A stretch of DNA of 64,000 nt, taken from the IMG/VR virus record IMGVR_UViG_3300013621_000001; one strand, 5' to 3'. This DNA is from an uncultured virus (IMG/VR IMGVR_UViG_3300013621_000001). Lineage: Duplodnaviria; Heunggongvirae; Uroviricota; Caudoviricetes. The notes below the pieces were generated by a model. That model was given only the letters and a program-made list of their open reading frames with translations. It did no database searches and had not been told where the DNA came from. A program made the translations under genes and the position numbers. Of this stretch, positions 47,352-57,100 are shown piece after piece (within the stretch, counting starts at the first letter, position 1; each line of letters opens with the position of its first letter).

Positions 47352-48003
47352 GCGGCCGATTCTGTTCAACGGCGCCATGGTGCGCGCCATTCTGGCTGGC
47401 GAGAAGACGCAGACGCGACGCCTGTGCAAGGACATGAACGCATGGGTAGACCAGAGCTGCCGCGAAGTGCGGCACGTGAATGGCGTGCCCCATCACTTCC
47501 TGATCGGCGCGCAAGCGCCCATCGAGCAGCTGCGTTGTCCCTTCGGCCAGCCAGGCGACCGGCTGTGGGTCCGCGAGACGACAGTGAACGTGGAAAAGCA
47601 TGGGTACCGCGGCCCCGTCCATCTGGAGTCCGAAGAAGGCTACGCCACGCTGCAGGGCGGGCTGGCGCCCGCGCCAGACGACATGACCGAAGTTGAGCCA
47701 CATGAAATCACGCTGCGGCCTTCCATCCACATGCTGCGCTCCATGTGCCGGCTGTTCCTTGAAATCACCGACGTGCGCGTGGAGCGGCTGCAGGCGATCA
47801 GCGAGGCCGATGCGGTCGCCGAGGGTGCCACCGCAGACGTGCTGCCAGAGATCCGACTGCGCCACGGCCACCCACGCGCCGCCAAGCCGATGGTCTACGA
47901 AGACAGCCGGGAGATCTTCGCCGACCTATGGGACAGCACCGGCGGCGACTGGAACGCCAACCCGTGGGTGTGGGCCATCACCTTCAAGAGGATCGAAGCA
48001 TGA
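47344..48003 (+). CDS. Conserved phage protein (ASCH-like fold), 219 aa
   Basis: ERPILFNGAMVRAIL.G.KTQTRR, GDRLWVRE, PSIHM and NPWVW motifs. Confidence 0.8.
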   Translation: MRERPILFNGAMVRAILAGEKTQTRRLCKDMNAWVDQSCREVRHVNGVPHHFLIGAQAPIEQLRCPFGQPGDRLWVRETTVNVEKHGYRGPVHLESEEGYATLQGGLAPAPDDMTEVEPHEITLRPSIHMLRSMCRLFLEITDVRVERLQAISEADAVAEGATADVLPEIRLRHGHPRAAKPMVYEDSREIFADLWDSTGGDWNANPWVWAITFKRIEA

Positions 48004-48566
48004 ACGACATCAACAAGGCATGTTCCTGCCCCAACGGTGACGGCTCGCTGCGCCATCCGTGTCCCGTCCATCCGAGCCTGACGGACAACCCGCAAAGTGG
48101 GAGGGTGAGGCTGGGGGATCAGGCCGAGCGGGCGTCGTTTGAGGCGTGGGCCAAGCATCGTGTCTCCTCAATGGCACGCGCCACAGATGGGGAATACGCA
48201 AGCAACTTCACGCACGCCCTGTGGTCCGCGTGGCGATCCTCACTCGCCGCCCACCAGCCGGTGGATGGGTTGTCATGGGCTGACTACTGGATCGAGCGCG
48301 GACAGCCCGACGTAGCCCACGACTTCGATGCCTTTTCTCGCGCTGAGGCCTGGGCGCTCCAGCGCTTCCCCGGCACCCGCCAGCCGGTGGCGCAGCTCAC
48401 CGACGCCGAGATCGACGCGCGCCTCAACACCCTGTACCGCGAGTTGGTGGCCAGCGGCCAGCACAACGGCGGCATGTCGGGTGTTGCGTGGGACCGGGCT
48501 GTCTATCGCATGGCGTCAACGATGCCCCTCCCCGAGCCGCCGAAGGAGGCCGACGATGGACGTTGA
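48000..48566 (+). CDS. Mosaic Ea/ead-like hypothetical protein, 188 aa
   Basis: CSCP.GDGSLR.PCP.HP and ERA.FEAW modules. Confidence 0.65.
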   Translation: MNDINKACSCPNGDGSLRHPCPVHPSLTDNPQSGRVRLGDQAERASFEAWAKHRVSSMARATDGEYASNFTHALWSAWRSSLAAHQPVDGLSWADYWIERGQPDVAHDFDAFSRAEAWALQRFPGTRQPVAQLTDAEIDARLNTLYRELVASGQHNGGMSGVAWDRAVYRMASTMPLPEPPKEADDGR

Positions 48567-48897
48567 ACGAAGGGCGCAGGAGCTGGTCAAGGCAGAGCTT
48601 CCGAATCTGACCGATGAGAATTTCGGCTACCAAGGGACAACGGTAGTCAATTTGCACGTGGTCATGCGGCTCCTGCACTGCGCCCTCACGCCGCCCGAGG
48701 GCTACGCGGTGGTGCCGGTGGAGGTGCAGAAGGACGCAGATCGCTTCCGCTTCCTGGCCAGTTGGGCTGGTGCTGAATTCAATTCGGAGAGGGGCTACCT
48801 GAGGTGGTATCTGTCGCGTAAGGGGCGTGGCTTCGCGAGCTTGGCCGAGACAGTTGATCAATGTCTGCCATCCACTCCCCCGGAGGTGAAGCCGTGA
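48556..48897 (+). CDS. Hypothetical protein, 113 aa
   Basis: AAGGAGG RBS; PEGY.VVPVE module. Confidence 0.65.
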   Translation: MDVERRAQELVKAELPNLTDENFGYQGTTVVNLHVVMRLLHCALTPPEGYAVVPVEVQKDADRFRFLASWAGAEFNSERGYLRWYLSRKGRGFASLAETVDQCLPSTPPEVKP

Positions 48898-49097
48898 GTG
48901 CCAACACGATCGCGGGAAGGAATTGGACAAGTTTCAACCCGCTAAATCAGATGGTTGGAGCCGGCGATGGAACTACGGTTCCGGTTGAGTTGACTGACCA
49001 CGTCGCCTGTTTGGCAGATGTCTTGCGCATCTCAACGATCCGAACCGATCAGAGGCGCGAGGACGTGCCGCACCTCGGACGTCATCGACATGGCTGA
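48894..49097 (+). CDS. Hypothetical protein, 67 aa
   Basis: GGAGGT RBS; GTGA overlap. Confidence 0.45.
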   Translation: MSANTIAGRNWTSFNPLNQMVGAGDGTTVPVELTDHVACLADVLRISTIRTDQRREDVPHLGRHRHG

Positions 49098-49266
49098 CCC
49101 GATCAAGGTGACCGTCACCAATCCCGACACGGGTGAGGTCCTGCAGGAGCGCATCCTCGTAAATGACTATGCAGTGATTTGCGCCGGCGATCGATACGTC
49201 AAGAGCGTTCAGATCATGGGATCCACCCACATGATCGCCGTAGCGAAGGAGAAGACAAATGGCTGA
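49090..49266 (+). CDS. Hypothetical protein, 58 aa
   Basis: Overlap-coupled on both sides. Confidence 0.55.
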   Translation: MADPIKVTVTNPDTGEVLQERILVNDYAVICAGDRYVKSVQIMGSTHMIAVAKEKTNG

Positions 49267-49819
49267 CCCCACAGCGCGCTGTCACGCCACCGACCACAAC
49301 ATCCACCCAGATCTGGCCAGGGAGCTTCGTGCGATCGCCACGGTCCCGATGGATCTCCGTCGGCCGGCGCTGCGGCGCTTGGCCGAGAAGATCGGCAACG
49401 CCGCAATGGTCGATCTGTTCGGCGAGTTCATTGGCCTGGCCAACCAGGTCGCCTACAACGCCTGTGAGCAGGCCAAGGACCTGCTGGTGCTGCAGGGCCA
49501 CGTGTGGCCGCACGAGGCCGAGCGCGTCAACATGCCCTGCATCCTGGGCGCCCTCAACGGCATTGTGCTGGCCGCCGGCATCGACCCTGGTCCGCTCTGC
49601 GGGGGCTGTGCATTCCGGGCCGGTACCGTGGCCAACCAGTGCCTCCCGACCACGGAAGACGCCGACTACTGCTCCACCCCGGGCGAGCGTCCCTTCCTTT
49701 GCCACGAAGCCGTCGACGAGCACGGCAACGCCATCAGCGCCTGCCGCGGCTTCGCCCAGCGGCGCGCCGCTTTGAACGCTGCCGAGCGCAACACCGAACA
49801 CCAGGAGCCCGCCGAATGA
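49259..49819 (+). CDS. Cys-rich hypothetical protein, 186 aa
   Basis: CGGCAFR...FLCHE...CRGF putative metal site; AAGGAG RBS. Confidence 0.65.
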   Translation: MADPTARCHATDHNIHPDLARELRAIATVPMDLRRPALRRLAEKIGNAAMVDLFGEFIGLANQVAYNACEQAKDLLVLQGHVWPHEAERVNMPCILGALNGIVLAAGIDPGPLCGGCAFRAGTVANQCLPTTEDADYCSTPGERPFLCHEAVDEHGNAISACRGFAQRRAALNAAERNTEHQEPAE

Positions 49820-50085
49820 ACAATTCTGACCGCCTTCCCGTGCGCTACCACTTGCACCTGGACGTCGCCGCCGCACTGATCAACATGACCGACAAGGAGT
49901 TGGACGGGCTCTTCGAGTGCGTTCCGGCCGGGGAGCCGCTGACCGCGACTGAAGCTCGCCAGGTGCTGGCGGTGCACCTGGCCAACGGCCGCCACGTCAT
50001 TCCGCTCGCTGCGTGCGAAGGCTTCGACTACGGTGGCACCGGTTGCCCTGGCCATCTGGAAGCACCAGAGGTGGCCCATGGCTGA
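49816..50085 (+). CDS. Hypothetical protein, 89 aa
   Basis: C.GFDY...GCPGH motif; ATGA overlap. Confidence 0.65.
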   Translation: MNNSDRLPVRYHLHLDVAAALINMTDKELDGLFECVPAGEPLTATEARQVLAVHLANGRHVIPLAACEGFDYGGTGCPGHLEAPEVAHG

Positions 50086-50308
50086 TGCAGGCATTGCCGA
50101 CGGCACTGCCACCCGGATCCTGCAGCTGCTGCAGGAGGGGCCGGGCCTTGCCGGCGAGCTGGCCGCCGAGCTGCAGCTACCGTCGAACCGGGTCAGCAGC
50201 TACCTGCACCAGCTGGCCAAGACCGGCCGAGTCCAGCGCGCGCCCTTCCACGGTCCGGACGAACGCCCGTCGGTCCTCTGGAGCCTGCAGGCGGTGCCCC
50301 ATGAGTAG
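50078..50308 (+). CDS. Winged-HTH protein, 76 aa
   Basis: RILQLL..GP....ELA..L......VS.YL.QL...G.V. Confidence 0.65.
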   Translation: MADAGIADGTATRILQLLQEGPGLAGELAAELQLPSNRVSSYLHQLAKTGRVQRAPFHGPDERPSVLWSLQAVPHE

Positions 50309-50579
50309 TTTCGGACCCTCGTCACGAGGATTGTCGAGGACCGGATCCCCCGCGAACCTGCGGCCGGTCCGATTCGTAACGCTCAAGCAGTTCGAGGTGC
50401 TGACCGGCTACACCGTCGACGCCATCAACTCGAAGATCAAGCGTGGCGATTGGCTGGAGGGCGCCGTGTTCATCAAGGCGCCGGATGGAAGAAACCTGAT
50501 CGACCTGGAGGGGTACGAAGAGTGGGTAATGCACGGCAAGGCGGCGTCAGGCCAGCTACACAGAGCAGCATCGCAATAG
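50301..50579 (+). CDS. xis: Excisionase
   Basis: F..LTGYT.DAI.SKI.RG.W.EG....KAPDGR..ID..GY..WV; overlaps int. Confidence 0.85.
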   Translation: MSSFGPSSRGLSRTGSPANLRPVRFVTLKQFEVLTGYTVDAINSKIKRGDWLEGAVFIKAPDGRNLIDLEGYEEWVMHGKAASGQLHRAASQ

Positions 50580-51685
50580 ACTTCTACTATCGGGGCAAGC
50601 GTTGCCGTGAGCGGATCAAGCTCGCCCCGACCGCTCGAAACCTGCGCTACTGCGAGAATCTGTTGGGGCAGATCAAGGTCGAGATCGAGAAAGGCACCTT
50701 CGACTATGCCACCCACTTCCCCGGCAGCAAGCGCGCGGTGCAGGTGGCAGAGAAGCCAGCGGCCCTCGACACCCTGGAGCAGGTGCTGACACGGTGGCTG
50801 GCACAGAAGGAGCCTGAGCTCGAGCATAGCAGCCTGATTGGCTACCGGCGCATCGTCGAGAACATCCTGGTGCCGCGCTGCGGAGCGATCGCGTTGCGTG
50901 ACTTCGACCGTATCGCCCTGAAGGAGCTGGTGGCCACATTCGACGAGTCGACGTCGGCCAAGCGCATCAACAACGTTCTGGGCCCGCTCCGCGGCGCCCT
51001 CGATGAGGCCGTAGCCGACGACTTGATCCCCAGCAATCCCCTCGACGGGTTCCGGGTGAAGCGGCGCGCCAAGGCCAACGCGCGCGAGGAGGTCGACCCC
51101 TTCACGCCGGAGGAAGTCCAGGCGATCCTGGCCGCCTGTCGCGAGGACCAGGTCCGCAATTATTGCCAGTTCAACTTCGCCACGGGCCTGCGCACCTCGG
51201 AAATGATCGGTCTCTGCTGGTCGGACATCGACTGGCGCAAGGGCACGGTCAAGATCCGGCGCGCCTGGGTCATGGGCAAGATGAAGGCCCCCAAGACCGA
51301 GTCCGGCGTGCGCGAAGTGCAGCTGCTGCAGCCGGCGATCGACGCCCTGAAGGCCCAGCGTGCCCATACGGCGACGGCCGGCGAGTTCGTCTTCCACGAT
51401 CCCAGGACGAACGCCCGGTGGGGGTCGGATCAGAGCATCCGCGCCGGTGAGTGGCAGCGCGCGCTGCGCAAGGCTGGCGTCCGGTACCGATACCCGTATC
51501 AAATGCGCCACACCTTCGCCTCCCAGGCGCTCAGCGCGGGCGAGAACGTCATGTGGGTGGCGAGGCAGATGGGGCATCGCGACTGGACGATCACCGCCAA
51601 GAAGTACGGCCGGTGGATCCCCTCAATGGTCCCTGACGCCGGCGCCAAGGCCGCTGCAGTGTGGATGCCGAAGTCTGCCGTCTAG
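50522..51685 (+). CDS. int: Tyrosine integrase of the prophage (DUF3596-like arm-binding domain), 387 aa
   Basis: SIAIDFYYRG.RCRE; TGLR.SE; YQMRHT; MGH...Y catalytic residues; GTG start inferred. Confidence 0.93.
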   Translation: MGNARQGGVRPATQSSIAIDFYYRGKRCRERIKLAPTARNLRYCENLLGQIKVEIEKGTFDYATHFPGSKRAVQVAEKPAALDTLEQVLTRWLAQKEPELEHSSLIGYRRIVENILVPRCGAIALRDFDRIALKELVATFDESTSAKRINNVLGPLRGALDEAVADDLIPSNPLDGFRVKRRAKANAREEVDPFTPEEVQAILAACREDQVRNYCQFNFATGLRTSEMIGLCWSDIDWRKGTVKIRRAWVMGKMKAPKTESGVREVQLLQPAIDALKAQRAHTATAGEFVFHDPRTNARWGSDQSIRAGEWQRALRKAGVRYRYPYQMRHTFASQALSAGENVMWVARQMGHRDWTITAKKYGRWIPSMVPDAGAKAAAVWMPKSAV

Positions 51686-51691
51686 TGGGCT

Positions 51692-52297
51692 ATGCTGACG
51701 TACCTGAACGACTGGAGCTTGGGAATGGACGACGATTCGACAGGCGCACGGACCGCCCCTGCCGCGCCTCCGCCGGCGGGGGGCGATGACGATCTGCTTT
51801 TCATCCGCACTCCTGAAGAGTTCACTTCCGCGTTCTTGGCAGGCTGGATCGTGGACGCTCGCAGCGGCGGGCTAGTTCGCGGGAGGCTTCACGAAGAAGG
51901 GCACGTGCCAATGATCCAGCACACTGGTCCGCTGGGAGCCTTCGAGTACATGGGAGTGATGGAAGGTGGTGAGTACATCCTCAGCACGGATGCGACCGCT
52001 ACGCATTTTGATCGTTTGGTCGAGATCAATAACGATAAGACTCCCTGTGACACCCCCTTGCCCGACGCACCTCCCGGCCGGGTGATAGACGTGTCGGCCG
52101 AACCGCACGACAAAGTGCTGCTTATCGATCGACAATTCATCATCAACCGCGTGTCCACCCGTAAATATCTAGCCGAATTGGTCGCATTGAATGCCCCGCA
52201 CAGCTACTTCCGCGGCCAGTTCTTCCAAGATGACGTGATCGACTACCTGAACACCCACCCCGAGCTCGGGGACGGACCGCCGGCCAGTGCCGGCTGA
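51692..52297 (+). CDS. Hypothetical moron protein between int and att, ~190-201 aa
   Basis: GGLVRGRLHEEG...EGGEYIL motif; alternative start 51725. Confidence 0.7.
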   Translation: MLTYLNDWSLGMDDDSTGARTAPAAPPPAGGDDDLLFIRTPEEFTSAFLAGWIVDARSGGLVRGRLHEEGHVPMIQHTGPLGAFEYMGVMEGGEYILSTDATATHFDRLVEINNDKTPCDTPLPDAPPGRVIDVSAEPHDKVLLIDRQFIINRVSTRKYLAELVALNAPHSYFRGQFFQDDVIDYLNTHPELGDGPPASAG

Positions 52298-52350
52298 CCA
52301 CGTGACTGTTCAGGAAGATTGCCGTAACATTCGCATCGTTAGGCGGGTTC

Positions 52351-52370
52351 TTGGTCAACATTTGGTCAAC
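52351..52370. repeat. Putative integrase arm-type sites at the prophage end
   Basis: Tandem TTGGTCAAC at 52351 and 52362, 36 nt before the tmRNA 5' end. Confidence 0.55.
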
Positions 52371-52406
52371 CAAGGGCCTGAAAGCCTTGCAATGCTTGAA
52401 GAAACC

Positions 52407-52760
52407 GGGGGTGCATTGGTTTCGACGGGGGTTGTGAAGTCGCCTGGCGCATGCCGAGGGGGTAGCTTTCCTCGTAAATCCAGCTGCAAAACTCTAGTTG
52501 CCAACGACGACAACTACGCTCTGGCCGCTTAAGGCCTAAGCCTCGAAACCGCTTGTGTCCATGCTCGCGGTGTAGAGTCACTATCATGGAATCGCGCTGG
52601 GTGGCTGCCTGTCAGTCCGGCACTAGAACACAACAGGCTGGTTCCCGGATGCGCTTTGCACGCCGTGCTGTTCGGGGACGAGATCCAACGGTGAGCTAAG
52701 CATGTAGTGCTGGGGATGGAGTGCCTTCGGACGGCGGTTCAATTCCGCCCACCTCCACCA
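52407..52760 (+). ncRNA. ssrA: tmRNA (tag ANDDNYALAA, 52500-52532)
   Basis: 5' GGGGGTGCATTGGTTTCGAC; 3' T-arm GGCGGTTCAATTCCGCC and ACCTCCACCA; G3:U alanyl determinant; tag ORF ending ALAA*. Confidence 0.97.
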
Positions 52761-52782
52761 TACAACCGTCCAAGACGGTGCG

Positions 52783-52828
52783 AAAAAGGCCGGAAACCCT
52801 AGAGAAATCAACGGTTCCGGCCTTTTTT
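52783..52828 (+). terminator. Island-supplied intrinsic terminator for ssrA
   Basis: AAAAAGGCCGGAA...TTCCGGCCTTTTTT. Confidence 0.8.
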
Positions 52829-52874
52829 GTGTGCTATGGCGTCCGGTAATGGCCACTGGAATCCGGTGGAAAGT

Positions 52875-52937
52875 AGCGGTAACTTTGGCGGTAAGTCAGC
52901 TGCCGCCAAAACAGTTACCGCCATGCCGGTTACCGTC
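52875..52937. promoter_or_regulatory. Left arm-type integrase sites
   Basis: (G/A)GCGGTAA(C/G) at 52875 and 52887; inverted copies at 52914 and 52929 straddle the int ATG. Confidence 0.65.
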
Positions 52938-54158
52938 ACGCCCCTCTCCGATACCGCCATCCGCAAGGCTAAGCCGGGCCCCGGGCCAATCAAGCTACGG
53001 GATGGCGGCGGCCTGTATCTGCTACTGAAGCCCGACGGCGCGCGCTGGTGGCGCTGGGACTACCGGCGGCCGGTCACGGGCAAACGTAACACCCTGAGCT
53101 TGGGCACCTACCCAGACGTGAGTCTGGCCACCGCCCGCCAGCGGCAAGCCGAGGCACGCAAGCTGCTGGCGTCCGGCATTGACCCTGGCGAGGCACGCAA
53201 GGCGAACAAGGCTGCCGGTATCGAGCGCGCGGCAAACAGCTTCGAAGTGGTCGCCCGCGAGTGGCTGGGCAAGCGAGATTGGGTTCCGGGCTATCTGGAT
53301 AAGGTGGCCGCATGGCTGGCCAATGATGTATTCCCCTACATCGGCGGCCGACCGGTGGCCGAGCTGACCGCGCCGGAGTTCCTGCGGGTGGCACGACGGA
53401 TCGAGGAGCGTGGGGCGATTGAGTCGGCCCACCGCATCCTGCAGAACTGCGGCCAAGTGATGCGCTATGCCATCGCCACCGGCCGAGCCGAGCGCAACCC
53501 CGTCACCGACCTGCGCGGTGCCCTCGCCTCGCCCACCGAGCGCCATCATGCTGCCATTACCGAGCCGACCGCCTTGGGTGGCCTCCTGCGGGCCATCGAC
53601 GGATACAACGGCGATCCAACCACGCGCGCCGCCTTGAAGCTGGCACCGCTGGTGTTTGTGCGCCCTGGCGAGCTACGTCATGCCGAATGGTCCGAGATCG
53701 ACCTGGGCAAGGCCGAATGGAACATCCCGGCCGAGAAGATGAAGATGCGCCAGCCTCACCTGGTGCCGCTATGCGATCAAGCGGTGGCGATCCTGGGCGA
53801 ACTGCATGCATTGACCGGCCGAGGCCAGTACGTATTCCCCGGTGGCCGCTCCCCTCGCCGCCCAATGAGCAACAACGCCTTGACGGCCGCGCTGCGCCGC
53901 ATGGGCTATGACGGCGACACCATGACCGCCCACGGCTTCCGCGCCAGCGCGCGCACACTACTGGATGAGGGCCTGGGTTTTCGGCCTGACTACATTGAGC
54001 ACCAATTGGCTCACGCCGTGCGCGACCCCAATGGCCGCGCTTACAACCGTACAGCCCACCTTCCTGAGCGTCGAAAGATGATGCAGGCATGGGCAGACTA
54101 TCTTGATGCCCTGCGAGACAATACCAATGTGCTGCCTTTCAAGGCGCGCGCAGGCTGA
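52923..54158 (+). CDS. int: P4-family tyrosine integrase, 411 aa
   Basis: DGGGLYL...W..DYR...LG.YP.VSL arm domain; RPGELR, HGFR, LAH...AY. Confidence 0.94.
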   Translation: MPVTVTPLSDTAIRKAKPGPGPIKLRDGGGLYLLLKPDGARWWRWDYRRPVTGKRNTLSLGTYPDVSLATARQRQAEARKLLASGIDPGEARKANKAAGIERAANSFEVVAREWLGKRDWVPGYLDKVAAWLANDVFPYIGGRPVAELTAPEFLRVARRIEERGAIESAHRILQNCGQVMRYAIATGRAERNPVTDLRGALASPTERHHAAITEPTALGGLLRAIDGYNGDPTTRAALKLAPLVFVRPGELRHAEWSEIDLGKAEWNIPAEKMKMRQPHLVPLCDQAVAILGELHALTGRGQYVFPGGRSPRRPMSNNALTAALRRMGYDGDTMTAHGFRASARTLLDEGLGFRPDYIEHQLAHAVRDPNGRAYNRTAHLPERRKMMQAWADYLDALRDNTNVLPFKARAG

Positions 54159-54194
54159 AATATCACCACCAGGCACCACCGGGGAAAGAACACG

Positions 54195-57100
54195 ATGACC
54201 ACGCCACTGCAGGGACTGCTGGAATCACTGCGCCAGTCTTCCCAGACCGAGCGCGAGAAAGGAACCTACTTCGAAGAGCTGATCGTGGCCTACCTGCGCC
54301 ATGAAGCCAGCTACCGCGACCTTTACAGCAATGTCTGGCCGTGGGCGCAATGGGCTTTGGCCAATGGCTTCAGCGGCAAGGACGATGGCATCGACCTGGT
54401 GGCCGAAGTGGCAGGCACAGGCGAAATCCACGCCATCCAGTGCAAGTTCTACGCGCCGGACTACAAGCTGCAGAAGAAGGACATCGACAGCTTTTTCACC
54501 GCGTCCGGGCGCAAGCCGTTCGCCCGCCGCATCATCGTGGCCACCACCGACCACTGGAGCGACAACGCCGAAAATGCGCTGGTGGACCAGCAACCGCCGG
54601 TCAGCAAGATCACCCTGCACGACCTGGAAGCCAGCCAGATTGACTGGAGCCGCTTTCAGCCCAGCGCCCCCGTGGTGCTGAAGCAGAAGAAGGCGTTGCG
54701 CCCCCATCAGGAAAATGCGCTCAAGGCCACGATGGTCGGTCTGGCCGAAGCTGATCGCGGCAAGCTGATCATGGCCTGTGGCACCGGCAAGACCTTCACC
54801 AGCCTCAAAATCGCCGAAGCGATGGCCGGCAACGGCAAACGCGTACTGTTCCTGGTGCCCAGCCTGTCCCTGCTATCGCAAACCCTGACCGAATGGACGC
54901 AGGAAAGCGCCATCCCGCTGCACAGCTTCGCGGTGTGTTCTGACAGCGACGTGGGCAAAAAGAAAGGCCGCAAGGACGATGATGCTGTCCAGACCTTCGC
55001 ACACGAGCTGCGCTACCCCGCCACCACCGATGCCAAGCGGTTGGCGCAAGGGGTAGCGGCCCGCCATGACGGCGAGCATATGACGGTGGTGTTCAGCACC
55101 TATCATTCCATCGAAGTGCTGCACGACGCCCAGCACGCGCACGGCCTGGACGATTTCGATCTGATCGTCTGCGACGAGGCCCACCGCACCACGGGCGCAA
55201 CCTTCGAAGGTGATGATGAAAGCGCCTTCGTCCGCGTGCACGATGCCGCCTACCTGCGCGCGGCCAAACGTCTGTACATGACCGCCACCCCGCGCATCTA
55301 TGGCAACGAGGCCAAAGCGATTGCCGAGCGTGACAACGCCACCCTGTACTCGATGGACAACGAAGACTGGTATGGCAAACAGTTGTTTGTCATCAGCTTC
55401 TCCGAGGCGGTCAAACGCGGCCTGCTGGTGGATTACAAGGTCATCGTGCTGGCGGTGGAGGAAGCCCATGTCAACCGCCGCCTGCAGGCACTGCTGAAGG
55501 ACGAGAACAACACCTTGAAGGTGGACGACGCCGCCAAGATCGTCGGCTGCTGGAAGGCGCTGGCCAAGCTGGGCCTGCACGAGGACGGCAGCGACACCCC
55601 CGAGCCGATGAAGCGGGCCGTGGCGTTCTGCCAGGTCATCGAGCCAGGCAAGGGGGGCAAAACCCACAAGGTCAGCTCCAGGGAAATCGCCGGCATGTTC
55701 CAGGCCGTGGTCGAGGCCTACCAGGATGCAGAAGACATTGAAGAAGGTGCGCGCCTGACCTGCCAAGCCAAGCATGTGGACGGCGGCATGAATGCCGGCA
55801 AGAAGGAAGCACGGCTGGATTGGCTCAAGGCCTCTACCCCGCCGGACACCTGCCGCATCCTGTCCAACGTGCGCTGCCTGTCCGAAGGCGTGGACGTTCC
55901 GGCACTGGATGCGGTGCTCTTCCTCACCCCGCGCAACTCGCAGGTGGACGTGGTGCAGTCCGTCGGTCGGGTGATGCGCAATGCACCGGGCAAGCAACGC
56001 GGCTACGTGGTGCTGCCGGTGGTGATCCCGGCCGGCGTGGAGCCGCACGAGGCACTCAACGACAACAAGACCTACGCCGTGGTCTGGCAGGTGCTGCAGG
56101 CGCTGCGCTCCCACGATGACCGCTTCGACGCGATGGTCAACAAGCTGGACCTGGTCGGCCCGGACCGCAGCAAGATGGAAGTGGTGGCCATTGCCGATAC
56201 CGTGCAGCGCAAGACCGCGCGGCTGGTGGACAGTAGTGCCAAGGCGGCCAAGGCCAAGGGCCAGTACGCCATCGGCGAGAAGGCCGAGCGCTATGGTCCG
56301 GCCCCGGACCAGATCGGTTTCGAGTTCGAGGTCGGCCAGATCGAGCGAGCGCTGTACGCCAAGGTGGTGGAGAAGTGCGGCAACCGCCACCACTGGGAGG
56401 ACTGGGCCAACGACATCGCCAAGATCGCCCAGACCCACATCGACCGCATCAAGGCGGTGCTGGAGGACGCCAGCCAGCCCAAGGCACGCGAGGCCTTCGA
56501 TGCCTTTGCCCATGAGCTGCGCGATGACCTCAACGACAAGGTCAGTGATGGCGAGATCATCGAGATGCTGGCCCAGCACCTCATCACGAAGCCGGTGTTC
56601 GATGCACTGTTCGCCGATTACAGTTTTGCCAGCCACAACCCCATGTCTAAGGCCATGCAGGCCGTGCTGGACGTTCTTCACGAAGAGAATCTAGGCAAGG
56701 AGGCGGACACCCTGGAGCGGTTCTACGGCAGCGTGAAGCTGCGCGCGGAGGGCATCGACAGTGCCCAGGGCAAGCAGAAGATCATCGTCGAGCTGTACGA
56801 CAAGTTCTTCCGCAATGCGTTCCCGAAGATGACGGAGCGGTTGGGCATCGTCTACACCCCGGTGGAGGTGGTGGATTTCATCCTGCACAGCGTCAACCAC
56901 CTGCTGCAGCAGGAGTTCGGCCAAACCCTGGGCAGCAAGGGTGTGCATATCCTTGACCCGTTCACGGGCACGGGAACCTTTATCACCCGCTTGCTGCAGT
57001 CCGGCCTGATCAAGCCGGAGGAACTGGCGCACAAATACAGGCACGAAATCCACGCCAACGAGCTGGTGTTGCTGGCGTACTACATCGCCGCCATCAACAT

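Larger units (their letters stand above)
72..52400. mobile_element. Temperate podovirus-like prophage (left end outside window), probably defective
   Basis: Contiguous int-xis-early-cI/cro-replication-Q-lysis-terminase-portal-capsid-virion modules. No tape-measure or sheath gene is recognisable, and a giant polyvalent protein is present. Confidence 0.93.

Noticed and set aside
52287..52856. Short ORFs overlapping tmRNA
   Set aside because: Only the tag reading frame is meaningful; the others are incidental
52938..52940. Island integrase inactivated by an ATG>ACG change before PLSDTAIR
   Set aside because: An in-frame ATG lies five codons upstream (52923) and the ORF is intact
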